The notes under the pieces: generated by a model | What the model was told of the DNA's origin: nothing | What the model saw: the letters and a program-made list of their open reading frames with translations, nothing else | Database searches by the model: none | Shown here: positions 25,055 to 38,079 of the stretch, piece after piece | Numbering within the stretch: position 1 is the first letter of the stretch | Layout of the letters: each line of letters opens with the position of its first letter | Made by a program: the position numbers and the translations under genes | Assembly: GCF_036971445.1 (NCBI RefSeq) | Contig: NC_091482.1 | Coordinates: 18,786,001-18,850,000 of the forward strand | From: Narcine bancroftii | Taxonomy: Eukaryota | Direction of reading: 5' to 3' | Length of the DNA stretch: 64,000 nucleotides

Positions 25055-26013
25055 GGTTATGAGATCAGAGGACCCCAAAACCCAGCAGCAACACAAATGG
25101 TTACTTAAACAAAAGTTGCTTTCAATTATCTTTAAACATGAAAACAGGATCAAACTTTAACTTATTACTATTAGCTTATCTTAACCTAACTTAACCCCCT
25201 TCTAATTCTAAGCACACGTGTATGTAATGTGCATGTAAGTTCAGAAAGGTTCTTTGACTCACAGTCCAATCTCACTTCTCATTCCTCCAAGTTTACTGGT
25301 TGCAGGCAATTCTTCTACTTTGCCCAGAATTTAACATTTATGAAGTTCGCCAGGCTTTGGTGGTAGAAAGGTAAATGGTTACTGCTCAGGAAGGTTCTTG
25401 TCAGTTTTCAGAGAGAGATTTGTTGTTCGCTGGACATCCACAACCGATTCCTTTTAACCAGCCACTTCAGTGTCTTGCCGAAGAAACTTGTGCCATCAAG
25501 GTTTTCCAGATGATAACCTCTTTCATTCAGGTCACCACAGAGTTCCTTTTTGTTTCTCTTATTTCAAGTGAAACATTAGGCAGCCGGTCCTCTCCACTTG
25601 CATGAACCACAAGGGCTTTGACCAGGCTGAACTAAGCAGTCACAACCTGTCTTCCAAATGGGGTTTTTCCACAAGCTTGCCAGCTTGTCCTGTTCCAGCC
25701 CCAGCTGCTGCTGCTGACTGTAGAACTGCAGAACAGAGAAAATGTCTGTTTTACTCTCTCTGCTTGCAAAACCACATGACCCTCTTAGAACAGCAAGTTC
25801 CACTCCAGACAGCCTGCAGCTCTGAGCTATTTCCTGTTGCTCGGCGCCAGACTCTAGCATGAGCAGAGCTCCAGTATTTTAAAAAATATCTGTTTTAAAG
25901 TGTTTGTATGTGACCTACACTAAAAAACTTGTATAAATTACATTTATACAAGCACCAATTTATCTCCTAAAATCATATCTATATACAATACAAACACAAC
26001 ATAATCTGTCACA
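25055..26013. mobile_element. Solo LTR with 4-bp TSD
   Basis: Ends (g)gttat...tgtcaca, flanked by ctat/ctat. Collinear with 40827-41794. Confidence 0.8.
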
Positions 26014-28344
26014 CTATCAAAAATTTAATGCAATTGTATTGCAGTCAGTGTATTGACTTTTTAAAAATTTGTTTACATGTGTACACTGTGTAGTTATTTT
26101 TTGCACTATTAATAAGTGGTGATTCTGCTTCACTCACAGGAAAAAGAATCCCAGGGTATATATGATGCCATCTATGTACTCGGACAATAAATCTGAAATC
26201 TGTAAAGTGACAATAAACTATTCAAGTACATTAAAATTTACTGAAATTTCCAAAAGAAAGTATTAGGAAGTGGAAAAACCTTGCATGTTTTCCAGGTTAG
26301 AAAGGCAGACCAAAAAAAAACTTCACATTGTCAGAATTTCACAGAAAAATGTGGCAGCATGACACTTTAGATGTTTACTAATAGGTGTTGCACGTATTCA
26401 CAGAATTTGGTTTTCTGCCTGGTTTTAAGAGTTAAATAGCTATTTATAAAATTGAACCCAAACCAAAGGTTTGTAACAATTCCATATTCTAGCACCTTTA
26501 TCACATACCCAATTTCAGATCCTTGACTGCAAAATCAGAAATTGAAAAAAAAAGAGTGCATCTGCTCACATAAGCTCCAGTTACTAATAGGTCAAAAGCC
26601 TGCTGTGCTGTTTTCAATCACATTAAATATGTTTCCTTTTTTTCTCAAACAGGACAATGTAGCAACTGTCAATACACATAAAAAGAGTATTTTTTTTCTG
26701 AAACCATTTAAACCTGGATATCAAGAGAAAATCCAAGTAAATGCAACAAAAACTATTTTCTGGATGATGAAATTCTTCATTAAAAGTATCTCCTCCAATG
26801 TTCACTTCAGCTTTTGACTTAAAATATAATTCTTGAATACAAGACCATTATTAATCCAAAAATTGCAAAAACCTGCTCTCAAGGGTGCAGTGAAAGTACA
26901 AAGGGAATTGTACCTATTTGCTCTATACTAAATATTAGATTTTGGTCAAAACAGGGTCGTAAATAGTAAAAAGTCTATTTAGCACTGGAATGCTTTATTG
27001 TTCATTGAAATTATTACTGAGTGTGGGATATGGTGATGATTCTGTTAATGTTTTCATATTGTTGAAAGAATATTTTCTCTTTCACCTTTAAGGGAATTTC
27101 CATTTTAAATTACGACTTACTTGCTCTTTGAGTAGAAAAGCAAATTCTATCTCCCTCATCATTGAACCAAAACTGTGACCTTGTAAACTTATTACATATT
27201 CCAAGTCTTCAAGCTGCAGAGTATTTATGCTGTATTATAAAGTCTGCCAAGCCCTTTGACGTAAAGGGATTTGCTGATTTTTGTTGTCTTGGACTGAACA
27301 AGGACTTTGTCAGCATATTTGCAAAATGACCTTCGTTCATGCCAATTTGTCTTGAATGTCATATTTATATGAAAATAAAATTAAATAAATGATTTAAAAA
27401 GATGGGAGAACTATCAAATGAAAAAGAAATTGTATTTGCATATTTATACAATTACAGTAATATTCATCAATGTATCCACACCTCAAAATACGAAAACCGA
27501 ATATATTCTTTCATTTATAAAGCTTGTTTTATTTAAATTAGCTGAAAGTTTTGACATGTATCTGAAATTGAATAGAAAATACTTTCACTGTTCTATTTGA
27601 TACTAAATTGGTCTCAATCTTGATCTTTTCTATTCAGCTATTACCGAGACCATAGGTTCAATCACAGCAACTCACCAATATAAATATTTCAGAATGGAAC
27701 ACGATACAGAAAACAAAATTAACATTGCTGTAAAATTATTACCGTTCACAGATGCAGGAAAATTGAGAAACATGGTGAACATGTAGGACATAAATAGTGG
27801 CTTCATAACCACGCAGGCTTTAGATTGATGACAAAGTTATGTCAATAAATGTTTCTGAAATCAAGATGCTGATAATGGTTTTAACAAAGTAAATCTCTCT
27901 TCAAATCACAGTTCTTTTATTTAAGAGAATCTCATCATGCTAAATGTGCCGAGAAAGATCTTTAATGGCATATGCAGTATACTTTTCCGACAGCGCAAAA
28001 TGGGATTGATGAAGATATGTTGAATAATCTACATGACAATCAATAATTGAGAGAAGTTCAGCCACTAATAAGTGTAGATCTTGTGGCAGAAATTAACAGC
28101 TCTCTTGTAAAGATTTATTTATTTTTATTGTGTGCCAATAAAATAGTTTTTAACAGTTTTGTGGTGAGGAGAGAAAAGCTCCTGGTCAAAACAATTCTCA
28201 AGATTCGCATAGCGGAATGGGCTAAAATTCCCCCCCCCCCATCAAAAACTGTTGTACTGAAATAACAAAGAAGTGGTCCACTTATAACAGCCCAAAGATA
28301 ATGTCTATCCTCTGTAATGTTCGGAATCACAGGTTTATGTCCTG

Positions 28345-29010
28345 AACTCTGCACTCAAAGAGCTAATTGTGGACTTTGGGTGAAAATCAGGAGAACATGA
28401 CCCAGTCCTCATCGAGGGCTCAGTGGTGGAGAGAGTCAAGAACTTCAAATTCCTGAGTATCAACATCGCCGAGGATCTGCCCTGGATCCTCCACGTCGAT
28501 GTAATCATGAAGAAGGCTCGCCAGCAGCTATACTTTGTGAGGTGTTTGATGAGATTTGGTGTGTCACCAAAGGCTCTCAAAAACTTCAAACAATCTGGCT
28601 GGTTGCATCAGAAGTGCCGTTGCTTCGGACAAGAAAAAAAAACTCCAGAGGGTTGTTACCTCGGCCTGCAACATCACAGGCACCAATTTCACTCCATTAA
28701 GGACATCTACAAGAGGCAGTGTCTTAAGAAAGCAGTCTCTATCCTCAAGGACTCCCACCACCCAGGCCATGCTCTCTTCACTCTGTGACCATCGGGAAAA
28801 AGGTACAGGAGACTAAAGACGAGCACTCAGCGGCACAAGGACAGCTTCTTCCCTGCTGCCATCAGGTTCCTGAGCGGTCAATGAACCAGAGTCTGCCTTT
28901 GACTTTTCGTGCACTATTTTTATTTATTGTTGTAAGATGGTTTAAATGAATGTGATTCTGCCGTAAAACAACAAATTTCATGACTTGTTCATAACAATAA
29001 ATTCTGATTC
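28345..29010 (+). mobile_element. Rex1-type LINE 3' fragment
   Basis: Encodes VERVKNFKFLSINIAEDLPW..H...KKARQQLYFVRCL and HHPGHALFTL. Tail ataaattctgattct. Confidence 0.8.
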
Positions 29011-29089
29011 TATTGTCAGAGTATATACAATGCATCAACAAACAACCCTGAGATACTACATTCCTGCGGGGACTACATTCCCGGGTCAG

Positions 29090-30855
29090 GCCCCTGGTAT
29101 GATCAGGGACACCAAGTTGTACCCAGAGATGATGGACAGTACCTGAGGAAGGTTAACAAAGTCTACGCGAGACACTTCCTGGCTACCCAAAAACAGCAAC
29201 CCAGGGAATTGTGCGTTGAGTACCTCTGGGCTCTGCGAGCTCTCGGACAGGCTTGCAACTGCAAGACCGTGATGGCCGTGGTGAACATGGAGGACCCAAT
29301 CAAAGACACATGTTCCAGGCATCAGGTCCAACTACATCCGGCAGAGACAGTTGGAGTAAGGGGAGTTCACCTTGCGGGTTGCCCCGGGTGCCATCATCTT
29401 AGGACATAGGACAACTCTGCGGAATGTTGTCACCACCACATCACGCCAACGATCCGACCATGGCTGCTGTACTCCACAAGCACCTATAGCTATGTTACCA
29501 CCACGTCCCGCCAGTGACCCAACCATGGCTGCTGTACTCAAGTACCTGATGTGCTACTTCTGCGGCCTGAACAGGCACTCGAGGAAACGCTGCCTGGTGA
29601 AAGACACCGTTTGCTCTAACTGTGGGAAGAGAGGACATTATGTGAGGGTGTGCAAGTCCAAGTCATGCCAACCCAGCAGCACCGTGTGTGGGCTGCCATC
29701 TTTGAAATCCAGGAGCGCTGCGTGCAAGTCGTGGGGGCCACCATCTTGGACACCACCACCTTGGGACTGAACACCTGAACAGTCCACCGCATCTACAGAC
29801 AAAGATCTAACTGGATCACACTGGATCAAGGTAGCCCTCAACAAACTCGCCAGGTTGATAATGGGCATCCAGGTAAACAGCCATGAGATGAGCTGCCTGT
29901 TCAATAATGGGATTACTGAGAGCTTCATCCAGCCGACACAGTGCAGCATTACTTTTTGCGGTAAGACCAATTAGCCGCAAAGCTGAGGCTCACGGGTACC
30001 GTCTAGTGACCCTGACCATGCGGGACCAGATTACAAAGACTTTAAACTTCTGTTGATGTCACAGCACTGTGCTGCCAGGGCTGGATTTTCAATGCCACTT
30101 TAAGAGTGTGACAATGAAGTACAATGGGCCCTTCCCTCCATCACTGTCTGTACCAGCAGTTTTAAACCCCCCCCAACCCTGCTTCCTTCCCCACCATTTC
30201 CATCCAGAAACCTGAACATTGCCCACTGCACACGACCTGCTCAACGCTCAAGATCATTCCTCCACCATTGTTCACTATCCTCACCTTCTACCTGTTGCTA
30301 CTAAAGTAGATGATACAGTGCTGGGACAGGGCCTTAATTAGGTCGGAGGTGCAGCGCTACTCAATGGATCATTGAAGCCAGTCCAGCCCTGGAGAGCCCA
30401 AGTGGTGGTGGTGAAGAATGGGGAGAAAAACAGACTACAGTCAGACCATTAACAGATATATACAGCTGGACACATACCCTCTGCCTTATATCTGATGTGG
30501 TAAACCAAATCGGTCAATATCGGCACTTTTCACCATTGATCTAAAGTCAGTATACCACCAGCTCCCCATCCGCCTGGCAGATGGCTAGCCTCTACCATTC
30601 TGAGGTAGCCTTCGACATCAACAACGGGTCTCAGTCTTCCAGCGGGAGATGGACCAAATGGTAGACAGTATGAGTGGCAGGCCACATATTCCCATATCTG
30701 GACAACGTCATCATTTGCAGCCATGACCTGCAGGATCAGATGTCAACCTCAAAAAATTCTCCTGACTGCCAAGCTCCTTAACTTTCTGTACAAATAAGGC
30801 TAAAGGAGTATTTCACACAACCCACCTTGGCTGTGTTGTGGAGAACAGAGTCATT
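29090..30855 (+). mobile_element. Degenerate Gypsy internal region (gag zinc knuckles, protease, RT)
   Basis: Encodes CYFCGLNRHSRKRC and CSNCGKRGHYVRVC. Downstream PWRAQVVVVKNG, DYSQTINR and FPYLDNVIIC match the family at 17885-18880. Confidence 0.85.
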
Positions 30856-31128
30856 TTTAAGGCAAAGATTGGGCCCAAAATCTTTCAGTCTTTATGGCCA
30901 ATCATGCATTCAAGATTATGATTCAATCTACGACATACCCTCATTGGTAAACATGAATGTTTAATCAAATTGCTAAAATTGACTTCAAGTTCATGTAACA
31001 ATTAATGTAATTCAAATTACAGTAACTTTGCTGCTCCATCTCCTCCACTTGTGTATTGTTATCTTCACAACTTTTCGCATTTTGATTCACAACTGTCTTT
31101 TGAAATCGATTACTACACAGTCTTTAGG

Positions 31129-32273
31129 NNNNNNNNNNNNNNNNNNNNNNNNNNNNNNNNNNNNNNNNNNNNNNNNNNNNNNNNNNNNNNNNNNNNNNNN
31201 NNNNNNNNNNNNNNNNNNNNNNNNNNNNNNNNNNNNNNNNNNNNNNNNNNNNNNNNNNNNNNNNNNNNNNNNNNNNNNNNNNNNNNNNNNNNNNNNNNNN
31301 NNNNNNNNNNNNNNNNNNNNNNNNNNNNNNNNNNNNNNNNNNNNNNNNNNNNNNNNNNNNNNNNNNNNNNNNNNNNNNNNNNNNNNNNNNNNNNNNNNNN
31401 NNNNNNNNNNNNNNNNNNNNNNNNNNNNNNNNNNNNNNNNNNNNNNNNNNNNNNNNNNNNNNNNNNNNNNNNNNNNNNNNNNNNNNNNNNNNNNNNNNNN
31501 NNNNNNNNNNNNNNNNNNNNNNNNNNNNNNNNNNNNNNNNNNNNNNNNNNNNNNNNNNNNNNNNNNNNNNNNNNNNNNNNNNNNNNNNNNNNNNNNNNNN
31601 NNNNNNNNNNNNNNNNNNNNNNNNNNNNNNNNNNNNNNNNNNNNNNNNNNNNNNNNNNNNNNNNNNNNNNNNNNNNNNNNNNNNNNNNNNNNNNNNNNNN
31701 NNNNNNNNNNNNNNNNNNNNNNNNNNNNNNNNNNNNNNNNNNNNNNNNNNNNNNNNNNNNNNNNNNNNNNNNNNNNNNNNNNNNNNNNNNNNNNNNNNNN
31801 NNNNNNNNNNNNNNNNNNNNNNNNNNNNNNNNNNNNNNNNNNNNNNNNNNNNNNNNNNNNNNNNNNNNNNNNNNNNNNNNNNNNNNNNNNNNNNNNNNNN
31901 NNNNNNNNNNNNNNNNNNNNNNNNNNNNNNNNNNNNNNNNNNNNNNNNNNNNNNNNNNNNNNNNNNNNNNNNNNNNNNNNNNNNNNNNNNNNNNNNNNNN
32001 NNNNNNNNNNNNNNNNNNNNNNNNNNNNNNNNNNNNNNNNNNNNNNNNNNNNNNNNNNNNNNNNNNNNNNNNNNNNNNNNNNNNNNNNNNNNNNNNNNGA
32101 TGAGAGAGACAGAGAGAGAGGGAGGAGGAGNNNNNNNNNNNNNNNNNNNNNNNNNNNNNNNNNNNNNNNNNNNNNNNNNNNNNNNNNNNNNNNNNNNNNN
32201 NNNNNNNNNNNNNNNNNNNNNNNNNNNNNNNNNNNNNNNNNNNNNNNNNNNNNNNNNNNNNNNNNNNNNNNNN
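31129..32273. other. Assembly gap or masked stretch (N) with a 32-nt GA-rich island at 32099-32130
   Basis: Runs of N at 31129-32098 and 32131-32273. Confidence 0.99.
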
Positions 32274-33907
32274 TTTAACTTTAAACTGCTCCTTAAGTAT
32301 GAAAAGCTTAAAAAAGTAACCCGACTGGTAAATGTAGCTGCTGCACGTGAAACCAGAGGAGCAAAATTTTAACAAATATATAAAAGGATTTCCAATATTT
32401 ATCAAATTCATGCAATTTTCACAAGCAGGGTGCAGAGTCGGCTGGATCTGTTAGTTCCAGAATATGAGTCTGAGCCTTTAACAAGGAACAAATGTGCCGA
32501 GGAATTTATCCTTGCAAGTTACGCCTTTTGAAAGAAATGTTGAAGCTTATTGTGGCAGCAGATAATTTGCACGTTCCTCATATATCTGATTGAACAAAAA
32601 AAAAATTTGCTCACATCCCTGATGTTCAAAAATTTGAGGGCATCATTTAAGATACAATGCTTTCTCCTCAATTTTTCCACGAAATGTAACTTTTATACAT
32701 TCTTTTTGAATAGATTCTCATTTTAATACCACATATATTCAATAGAAAATAATATATAGCCTTAGCTTAATTTGAAAATTAAAAATATAATCCATTTTCC
32801 TTGAATATTTCAATTTGAAACACATCATATTACATCAATGTTTAGCCATGTTATGTAAACAAATTTATGGTCTATGCTGGAATGTCTCCAATCAGACCAA
32901 GTTGTGATTATGAAACAAACATATTTAGCGTAAGCAAACAAAATGAGTTGACAGACTCGACTTGGAGTTCCTCAATCAATTATTCTTCTAACAAGGTATT
33001 AGATTATTTTCAACCAGAAAGCATCTGAAGTCTTCAAACTATTAACAATCCCCAAAACCCACTAATTCCACCAGGAAGAACAAAGAAAGTACACATCTTT
33101 AAATTCTCCTTCAATGTGCACAACATCCTTATTGTTTTTAACATCTTGCTGTTTCTTTGTAATAACAGCAGCAAAATCCTGGCACAGCAGAAGTATAGTT
33201 ACTGATCTAATTGAAAAGACAGCCTACCCTTGGGATGGACAGTAAATTCTGGTCTTGCCAGGGTTGAACTGGTACAATATACCCTGTACCTGCTTCAGCA
33301 TTATTTCTAAATTTGTGGATCATGCCATCTGGGGAGGGATATTCAATAAAAGTTACAGGAAGACATGAAGAAATTTGCAGAATGGGCAAACATTTGGCAA
33401 GCGAAGATAAATGATAGTAAATTTCTAGATGAAGAATAGAAAAGACAATTATCATTTGAAAGTTGCTGTTCAAGATGGGTTCACCAAACATGGTGGCAAA
33501 GGTTAGCAAGATCTAAAGATTTGGAGGGAGAGAACTGAATGTTGAACCTTTATCAAATCTTCATTAATCCACACTGGAAGTAATGTGTACAAATCTGGTT
33601 GCAATATTATACGAACAATTTGAAGATATTGGAAAGAAGAGAAGATTGACAAGGATCATATCTGAAATGCAAGTCTGTACAGATCAGGAAAGGATGAGCA
33701 GACTGAGCTTCTTTTCTCTCTAGAAAACAGAGGAGTAAATCTAACCTGAGTCTTTATTGATGGAATAAATATTGGCCAGGATGCAAGGATGTTCTGTATT
33801 GGACCTTGAGTTGATTTACATCCAACTAAAGAAATCTGGTTGTTCACCTCCACTGAAGAAATACCCCTAAGAATACTATGGACCCTCAGAATTGGTTTGT
33901 AGTGTGT

Positions 33908-34204
33908 CCACATTGACCACCACCAGTGGGCTGATATCGCCTCAAACCGTGCATCTTGGCGCCTCACAGTTCGGCGGGCAGCAACCTCCTTTGAAGAAGA
34001 CCGCAGAGCCCACCTCACTGACAAAAGGCAAAGGAGGAAAAACCCAACACCCAAACCAACCAACCAATTTTCCCCTGCAACCGCTGCAACCGTGTCTGCC
34101 TGTCCCGCATCGGACTTGTCAACCACCAACGAGCCTGCAGCTGACGTGGACATTTACCCCCTCCATAAATCTTCGTCCACGAAGCCAAGCCAAAAAAGAA
34201 AAGA
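33908..34204 (+). mobile_element. RTE 3' fragment
   Basis: ccacattgaccaccaccagtgggctgat...gaagccaagccaaaaaagaaaaga matches the RTE tail. Confidence 0.92.
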
Positions 34205-34859
34205 TGTCCTTCCAAAGAAACAAGAGCTACCTACAGAACAAAAATGAACCCTATGACACAATATTTCTTGACAGCCGACATTTTTACGTCAAGACTATTG
34301 TTGGGGGATTCAACTTTGACAGTTCTGAGTCCCACATTGATCAACCCCAACAATTACCATACAACAATGCAAGTGCAATTTTTTTGCTACCTTGTAAAGA
34401 TTTTACTCAGAAGAGGACACTGAAATACCGTTGAGCTCAAAAGCCAAATGCTGCAACTTTACACGCAGTGAATACATATGGCACATTTCAAGTTGAAAAG
34501 TCCTTAAAAGTAAAACTTTCTGGATTATTTATGCTCCACCACCAATTGCATCAGCCTATGAACGTTTGATTTTGAGCAGCAATAGGTTAGGAAATGAACT
34601 TGCTCACAATCCTTTTCCTCCTTCAGGACAAATAAAGCTATTCATTGGACATTTCCCATCAATACCAGTCATGAAAACTTCATCAAGACACAACAAAGAA
34701 TGCAACTCGTCTAGAGAGATGCAACCAATTCATTCTCCTGTAGGCCTTTATATTTCCTCCACCACCCCCTTGAAGTCTTATTAGTCAATAAGTTGAATTT
34801 ACTCCAGCCACCCTGTCCAAATCACAAAGAACATCAGTCCTGCCACCCCTCATCTCCCT

Positions 34860-35830
34860 TTAATCCGTCACGTCAACTGAGACTGACGTCGGCGGCAGGC
34901 AAACAAAATTAAAACTGAGTCGCGGCAAAACGCACCCCCCCGCCCCCCCTAATCCATCCATCCATCCAGAAGGGTCAGCACTCACAACATGACCGAAGGG
35001 CAGGACGGCGCAGGGCAAAGAGGCGGACGTCGCCGGGGCGCGCGCGCACGCGCGGTCGCCCGCTCCGCCCCGCCGTGGGTTCGCGGGGCCCACGTGACGC
35101 CGCGCCAGGTCACGTGATCCAGCCATGGAGGTGGCGGACAGCCCTGAGGCCGGGTTTCGATCGAGAGGGGAAAGTACAAGCTGAAGCGGGAGGGAAACAT
35201 TTTTTTTTAAAGTGGAAAGAGGGGGGCGGCCGTGGAGATCAACTCGCGAGTGAGACGATGGGAACATGGGCGCCAAGGAATCAAGAATAGGGTTTCTTTC
35301 CTACGATGAAGCGGTGAAACGAGGTGAGGGCTGATGATTGTGTTTACTTGGCGAGCGTTGGGGGCCCCTGAAGTGGGGGGGGGGTGGGGGTGGGGGTGGG
35401 GGGGAAATGACGGGTGTCCCACACGTCAGTGAAATCAGGGGAACTCCGTAGTTTTGGGGAGGGCGGGCGGGACTTTTCCCAACATGACGTTGGTTTGTTG
35501 TCTTTCCCCCCCCCCACCCCCCCCGCCCCCAATAAAATATCAGTGAGGACTTCCAGCAGGAATATGAGCGCTCGCCTGAAAGCGAACGTCAGCCCGGTGT
35601 GAAAGGGCGGGTCTGTGGCTCCGGGATTTTACTCCCTGCTTTCATGTTTCATCATAAGTGAAATTGCAGCAGAGGAGCATTTGCGTTTGGGAGTTTTGAA
35701 AATCATCAGCGGGGTCTGAAGAACCCAAATTCGTTGAGGGGGTTTCTCACCACGGACCCGGCCTGGGGTCCCCGAGTTGGGCATTTCCTCCAACCCGGGA
35801 TTGCGCTGATTAACCCCGCCAACAGTGAAC
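34860..35830. promoter_or_regulatory. CpG island promoter of USP32 (probably bidirectional)
   Basis: Dense CpG with E-boxes at 35091 and 35111, a GC box ctccgcccc near 35063, an NRF1-like gcgcgcgcacgcgc near 35040 and CRE-like tcacgtca/tgacgtc at 34868-34890. The island surrounds the USP32 ATG exon. Confidence 0.85.
35266..35323 (+). CDS. USP32: Ubiquitin-specific protease 32, coding exon 1
   Basis: MGAKESRIGFLSYDEAVKR+G followed by a gtgagg donor. Matches the vertebrate USP32 N-terminus MGAKESRIGFLSYEEALRR and has an MGxxxS myristoylation-type start. Confidence 0.96.
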
Positions 35831-35847
35831 GTGCCTTCTAGTCTCTC

Positions 35848-36860
35848 TATATCTAGATAGATATACATATACATAGATACATCTAGATATATATGTACAT
35901 AGATACATCTAGACATGTATGTACATAGATACATCTAGATATGTATGTACATAGATACATCTAGATATGTATGTACATAGATACATCTAGATATATATGT
36001 ACATAGATACATCTAGACATGTATGTACATAGATACATCTAGACATGTATGTACATAGATACATCTAGATATGTATGTACATAGATACATCTAGATATAT
36101 ATGTACATAGATACATCTAGATATGTATGTACATAGATACATCTAGATATGTATGTACATAGATACATCTAGATATGTATGTACATGGATACATCTAGAA
36201 ATGTATGTACATAGATACATCTAGATATGTATGTACATAGATACATCTAGATATATGTACATAGATACATCTAGAAATATATGTACATAGATACATCTAG
36301 ATATGTATGTACATAGATACATCTAGATATGTATGTACATAGATACATCTAGATATGTATGTACATAGATACATCTAGAAATGTATGTACATGGATACAT
36401 CTAGATATGTATGTACATGGATACATCTAGATATATATGTACATAGATACATCTAGATATGTATGTACATAGATACATCTAGATATATGTACATAGATAC
36501 ATCTAGAAATATATGTACATAGATACATCTAGATATGTATGTACATAGATACATCTAGATATGTATGTACATAGATACATCTAGAAATGTATGTACATGG
36601 ATACATCTAGATATGTATGTACATGGATACATCTAGATATATATGTACATGGATACATCTAGATATGTATGTACATAGATACATCTAGATATGTATGTAC
36701 ATAGATACATCTAGATATGTATGTACATAGATACATCTAGAAATGTATGTACATGGATACATCTAGATATGTATGTACATGGATACATCTAGATATATAT
36801 GTACATGGATACATCTAGATATGTATGTACATAGATACATCTAGATATATATGTACATAG
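35848..36860. repeat. 26-nt quasi-palindromic minisatellite, about 38 copies
   Basis: Unit atgtatgtacatagatacatctagat, with recurring variants (tgg/tag, aga/aaa, 24-nt units). Confidence 0.97.
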
Positions 36861-38079
36861 GTATTAAAAAACAAGCGCACCCCTTTGGCAAGATCCGCCT
36901 GCCCAAGTTTGCCGACCTGTCGCGAAAAGCACGAGCGTTCACGCAATTGATTGAACCTCTCCGTGACGCGTTTGCGACGAACTGTGAACGACGGAGGGAC
37001 ACCGCAGCCCGGAGTGACGCAGATTTGTGGACACCATCGGGTTCTGCAGCGAACTGTCACTTTCCGAGGTATTGGGCGAGCCACTGAGCTGCTTCCGCAA
37101 CTCCTTGATGCTCTGTGAGTCTCTTATCTCGTGGTCAATAAATGGGTGGGTGGTGGATGAGGGTAGAGCAAACAAAAAATGGAACGATCAAGTCATTTTG
37201 AAGTTGGAACTTTTGATCAAGAACGTACCGAATTGTAATAATTTAAAGCAAGCGGCTATTATTAATTGTTACTGATCGTTCGCTTTGGAATTAAACGTTC
37301 AGTTCCTGTAGGATGAAATATTAGTTCGTAGTTGTGTACTTTTAAATTATCTTGTGGTATGAAGCCACTCAAAATAACTACTTGTGAAGGTTATAGTATT
37401 CCTAAATTTTAAAAAAATTCAGGAAACCACTGTCTTCTATTTTTGTGAATTTCAAGATACTCCAGTGGGCGGAAACTTCAACTTTATGATTCTCTAAATA
37501 ACTTCCTTTAGCAGCTGCTTTATTTTTGATATTTTTACTTGTAACATTGGCCCTCGTGTATCATAATAATTTCATTGACTGACACTTTGAAGTGGGCTGC
37601 CTTTGGTAGGGAAGCATCAAAGCCGCAGTGTTGAAATGTCTCCAGTACTTATGAATAGATTCAGGCCAGTTCTCTGGTTTCATGAGGATAATGGCAGTAA
37701 CTTAAATATTCAAAAATGATGGGGTGCTGGAGGAACTCAGCAAGACCAATAGCTATCAAGCCTGATAAAGGGGCCACTTGTTGACTGATCACTCCTACCC
37801 TTCAGCACCAGTCTTTTGTTCAAGGTTCCAACATCTGCAGCCTTTGTGTTTCACTATTCAAAAATGTAATAGACGTACAAATAAATAAATCATGAGAAAT
37901 TTTAAAGATGCACTTGATTGTGGCTTCCCAATAGTTGCAACTTGTATAGTTAAAGTTATAGTTGTCAGGTGAAAAGTTTTGAGAAGGATTGGTGTCGTAA
38001 ATGGAATGTGTAAGATTGTCAATTCAGATATTAAATTGAGATCTTGCTCTTGCAATATTTATTCTCATTACTATGATTC

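Noticed and set aside
26770-26815. Minus-strand EV-HWRR reminiscent of CHCT1/C17orf64, a human neighbour of USP32
   Set aside because: Needs a frameshift, is followed by a stop, and has no exon boundaries.
31028-32411. Long ORFs of 350-432 aa
   Set aside because: Artefacts of translating through N runs.
34860-35276. 138-aa minus-strand ORF across the USP32 promoter
   Set aside because: Low-complexity, GC-driven ORF that runs through promoter motifs and a splice donor.
35848-36860. CRISPR-like appearance of regular palindromic repeats
   Set aside because: No unique spacers and no cas genes, in a vertebrate intron; it is a tandem satellite.
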